Source of the DNA: Antechinus flavipes | Taxonomy: Eukaryota | Direction of reading: 5' to 3' | Assembly: GCF_016432865.1 (NCBI RefSeq) | Contig: NC_067400.1 | Span: 582,552,001 to 582,616,000 of the forward strand | DNA length: 64,000 nucleotides | Shown: positions 59,947 through 64,000 of the stretch, piece by piece | Numbering within the stretch: the stretch's first letter is position 1 | Layout: each line of letters starts with the position of its first letter | Translations under genes and position numbers: made by a program | The notes under the pieces: generated by a model | The model's input: only the letters and a program-made list of their open reading frames with translations | What the model was told of the DNA's origin: nothing | Databases searched by the model: none

Positions 59947-60654
59947 TGCTCCGTCTTTGGCATCTTTATTTTTTCAATGGTAGCTCAAAAATCTAAGTCC
60001 AATTCTCAGACACCATCTTCTTAGCCAGCTGTCCAGCCCTCCAAATCTGCCATATTCTTGAAAGCCATATTCTTGGTCAGTCAGAGAGATGAAGAATGAA
60101 TACCACCTTTGTTCCTCAGGTCTTCAGTTTATTGCCTAAAACTGCACAATCCCAAACAATATTTTTTGGATTTCTTTTGGCAGTATTATTCATTCCCACA
60201 CAAATCGCCAAGAACGATTAACAGTCATAAATTTCTTTCTCTTTCACCCTGTGGAAGAGCAGCTGTAATGATGTTTTGGAGAGACCCACCACTCTTCCAG
60301 TCCCCCAGGTTTATGACCTGGAAGCCATCCGTGATTATCCCCCTCCCCTTCTCACTGTAGTCAATCAGTTGCCAAATCTTATTGGTTCTGCTTCTATAAC
60401 ATCCCAGGGAAGTGCTGGTAAATGTTTAACAACTGTTTTTTCTCACTCTCCCAAAAATGTATCCATGACACACTTTTAAATTTAGTCTGCATTAATATTT
60501 TCTCCATCACTCTTTACATTTGCCACAGACAAGAATCAGGTTTTGGAAGCTCCCAGAGGAGTCATATCGTTCTAGGAGTAAGCTTTCATAAGATAAGAAA
60601 GAAAGAAACATGCTTAATCTGCCATCTTCATGTTGGACTGAATTCTGGGTGCAG

Positions 60655-60990
60655 AGGGGCTTTAGAACCCAGAATGTCAGAGCTGGGAAGGCCCTTAGAA
60701 CATAGGATGTCAGAGCTGAGAGGGCCCTTAGAACCCAGGACGTCAGAGCTGGGCGGGCCCTTAGAACCCAGGAGATCAGAGCTGGGAGGAATCATAGAAC
60801 ATAGAATGTCAGAGGGCTCTTAAAACAGAGGATGTCAATGCTAGGAAGGGTCTTAGAACTCAGAATATCAGAACTGGGAAGGAGGGCCTTAGAACACAGG
60901 ATGTCAGAGCTACAAAGGATTTTAGAAAACAGATGGTATCATACCTTGGGGAGGGGGAAAAAATCTCAGAACATAAGATATGAGAACAGT
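60655..60990 (+). repeat. 33-bp minisatellite block
   Basis: AGAACCCAGAATGTCAGAGCTGGGAAGGCCCTT units. Confidence 0.9.
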
Positions 60991-62036
60991 AAGTATATGT
61001 TCTAAGAACATATAAGGAAGGAACCTCAGATGGTATTATATTACAGCCCGAAAAACCTCTCTTCCAAATCTAAATTCCAAAATTCCATGATCTTGTTGAT
61101 AAAATGGAACTCTAAATTTGTGAGACTATGAATGACTGCATCTAGTGTAATCTCCTTAATTTACATTTAGAGAAACTGAGACCCCCCAAAGTAGTGTTTT
61201 GCCCAAGAGCACAGGAACAGCCAGTAACCCGCTGGCATTTAACCTGGGTCTCCTAACTCCCAGGCCATATCTCTTCCCATTTCAACAATGGAACCCCATA
61301 GAGATAACTTTTAAGTTGTTTGGGAGAGGGGAGATTAAATCAAAGATTGGCTGTTTATTACAGACCAGGGTGCAGACCATGACTCTTTTGGACATTCTAA
61401 CTTTCCCCGCGCTGACTCCTGGGGCTGCCCAGTTATGCGGTGCCACTTTAACCCTTTGTGTCTCCTCCAGCCTGGGTAGGAGGGTGAGAGAGAAGGCTGG
61501 AGCCATGGAGTGGGCAGCCGCATTTCCTTCCTAAAGGGCTAGGTGGCATCCTGCACGAAAGCGTTTCTGCAGCCCCCAGCTTTTAGACCCAGAGTGAACC
61601 AGAATTTTCCAGGAAACTTCATATTTTCCTTCCCACCAAGTTCCTCAGCTGGTGGCCCCAGGAGCCATCTCGCCTTCACAAGAGGTCTTAAACCTGATGC
61701 TGAGCGCCAAGCCTGCCATCCCTGGAGCGCAGGGCCTGGAAGCCCAGCCAAGGGCCCGCATCCCACACATCATAATGTTCTCTGCCTGCCAGCCAGGGCC
61801 AGCCTCACACACATCATCAGCCGTGTCAAACACCTCCTAGTAGCCCTCGAGGGGTACAGCAGCTGCTCAAGGCTGCCCCCAGTTTGCCTGAGCTGTCTTT
61901 AATTCAGTCTGACACTCTGTGCTTAAAGGAATATGGGTGGGAGGGGGAGGAAGGAAGAAGAAGGGGTCATAAGCTAGTGATCCCACTATCTCAGGAATCC
62001 TTGGGCTCCCCCAAAGTCCTCAAGAGTAGGATTTAG

Positions 62037-62270
62037 TACCCAGGAGGTCAGAGCTGGGAGGGCCCTTAGAACCCAGGAGGTCAGAGCTGGGAGGGCCCTT
62101 AGAACCCAGGAGGTCAGAGCTGGGAAGGCCCTTAGAACCCAGGAGGTCAGAGCTGGGAGGGCCCTTAGAACCCAGGAGGTCAGAGCTGGGAAGGCCCTTA
62201 GAACCCAGGAGGTCAGAGCTGGGAGGGCCCTTAGAACCCAGGATGTCAGAGCTGGGAAGGCCCTTAGAAC
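62037..62270 (+). repeat. Near-perfect 33-bp minisatellite block (~7 units) grading into a MIR relic
   Basis: Unit CAGGAGGTCAGAGCTGGGA(G/A)GGCCCTTAGAACC. Confidence 0.95.
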
Positions 62271-63149
62271 ATATTGTAAAAGGCTCCCTAGAACATAAAA
62301 TTTGAGGGCTGCAAATGGTCTAGAACATAAATGTTAGAGTTAGAAGGGAATTCAAAGACCATATAGAGCGAATTTTACAAATTCAGAGAGATTCAGGGAC
62401 TTGTCCAAGGTCCCACAGACGGTAGCTTCAGAGATAAGATCTAAACCCAGGTCTTCTGGGTCCAGAGCCAATACTCTTTCCACCATAAACACACTGTCTC
62501 TTTAGTGGGGGAACCTCAAAGATGTCAGACTCTAAAGTTAAGGCTTTGGTGATCTCAGAAAATTCCCAGGCCCAGGAGGGGAAGTAGTTTGCTCAGCAGC
62601 TTAATCATGGAGGAGGAGAAGGGGCAGAGGTTGAATGAACACTTGCTCTGGGCTCCTGACCACCAGGCCTGTGAGCTCAACCAAACCAAGATAGATAGAC
62701 AGACAGACAGACAGATAGATAGATAGATGAGAGAGAGACGGAGAGAGTGCATGCTATGCTATGTGCCAAGTTCTGTACTTTGTAAGCACTTTATAAACAT
62801 TATCTCATTAGATCCTTGCAAACAGCATTGCTATTATTATGTCCAATTTGCAGTTGAGGAAACTGAGGCAGGCAGAAGGCAAGTGGCTTAACCAGGATCA
62901 CATAGGGTTACCTCTGTAGTCAGTGTCTGAAGTTAGAGGTGAGCAGCACCCTATTTGCCACTGAACCTCTCTGCCTTTAAAAGGTAGGGAGGAAAGCAGG
63001 AAAAAGAAAAAAGAGGGAATAAAGAACATGATTGAGGGGAGGAGGAAGAGCCTGAGACAGCAGTGAATGGAGAGAAGATTGGCCTCGAGGCTGAGAAGGC
63101 TTTGGTTCACACACTGCTTCCTGTAGTCCTGGACAATTCACCTAAAATC

Positions 63150-63495
63150 CTTTTTTTTTTTTTTAAATTTAATAATTACTTTATATTGACACTCGTTTCT
63201 GTTCCAATTTTCTTTTCCCCTCCCTCCCTCCACCCCCTCCCCTAGATGGCAAGCAGTCCTTTATATGTTGGATATGTTTCAGTATATCCTAGATACAATA
63301 TATGTTTGCAGAACCGAACAGTTCTCTTGTTGCATAGGGAGAATTGGATTCAGAAGGTATAAATAACCTGGGAAGAAAAACAAAAATGCAGATAGTTTAC
63401 ATTCGTTTCCCAGTGTTCTTTCTTTGGGTGTAGCTGCTTTTGTCCGTCATTTATCAATTGAAACTCAGGTCTCTTTGTCAAAGAAATTCCTCTTC
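63150..63495 (-). mobile_element. Short L1 3' UTR insertion
   Basis: T tail at ~63150 followed by antisense L1 3' UTR. Confidence 0.85.
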
Positions 63496-63799
63496 CGGGA
63501 ATACCAATTGAATCTAAAGTCCAGACCCTATTCCTATCTCTCCCAGAGACATCAATGGCCAGGATTTGGTCAGAAGACAAGCAGCATGGGAGGTGAACAC
63601 TCTCGGAAGCAAAGGGAAGTGGGGACCCTTGGAGGTGGGCGCTCAGGCAATCCCCTACTCAGATCATGGTTTTGGAATCAAGAATTAATCTCGGAGCAGA
63701 GACCTTGGAGCTCCCGTCTGCAACTCCCCTGACAAGCTGGGCAACCTCTCCTTCAAGACTTGCAGTGAAGGAGAAGCGATCTCATCCAACCAACTGCCC

Positions 63800-64000
63800 A
63801 TTGGCTAGCTTGGATTGTTATTGTTCAGGCATCTTTGACTCCCTATGACCCCATTTGGAGTGTTCTTGGCAGAGATACTGGAGTGGTTTGGAATTTCCTT
63901 CTCAGCCCATTCTGCAGATGACAAAGTAAGGCAAAGTAAAGTGACTTTGGCCAGAATCACACAGCTGGTAAGTGTCTGAGGCTAGATTTGAACTCAGGTC
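63800..64000 (-). mobile_element. Marsupial CORE-SINE (runs off the window)
   Basis: TTCTTGGCAGAGATACTGGAGTGGTTTG...AAGTGACTT...AGATTTGAACTCAGGTC. Confidence 0.7.

Noticed and set aside
58284-59954. Possible TSD for the L1 at 58299-59946 (ATAAATAGTCCATC versus ATAAATGCTCCGTC)
   Set aside because: Three mismatches in 14 nt and overlap with the AT-rich tail make it too weak to assert.
62037-62270. CRISPR-like regular ~33-bp periodicity here and in the array spacers
   Set aside because: Units are head-to-tail with no unique spacers, there are no cas genes and the context is eukaryotic.

Overview
Vertebrate genomic DNA, most likely marsupial and probably dasyurid. This is inferred from the L1 3' UTR style, marsupial-type CORE-SINEs and an OC1-like hAT element; the species cannot be determined from the sequence. 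About two thirds of the window is repeat-derived: a decayed full-length L1 (31-6800), many truncated or nested L1s, L2 and MIR relics, an internally deleted hAT transposon with perfect TIRs and an 8-bp TSD, two LTR-like solo elements, and a ~4.7-kb CpG-rich simple-sequence satellite. The main non-TE feature is a ~16-kb tandem array (about 24780-40740) of nine intronless, same-strand GLIPR1-like (CAP/SCP superfamily) cassettes. They alternate strictly between two sequence classes (A-B-A-B-A-B-A-B-A) and are separated by blocks of a 33-bp minisatellite. Five cassettes are intact, three are clearly disrupted and one is frameshifted just before its transmembrane segment. Class A is basic with a short stalk; class B is acidic with a His-rich repeat-expanded stalk. 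Each intact cassette has a candidate 3' splice site 77-83 nt upstream of its ATG, in phase with a candidate upstream exon at 24178-24286. This suggests, without proving, a shared-first-exon / alternative-terminal-exon design. All family names come from recognition, not from database searches.
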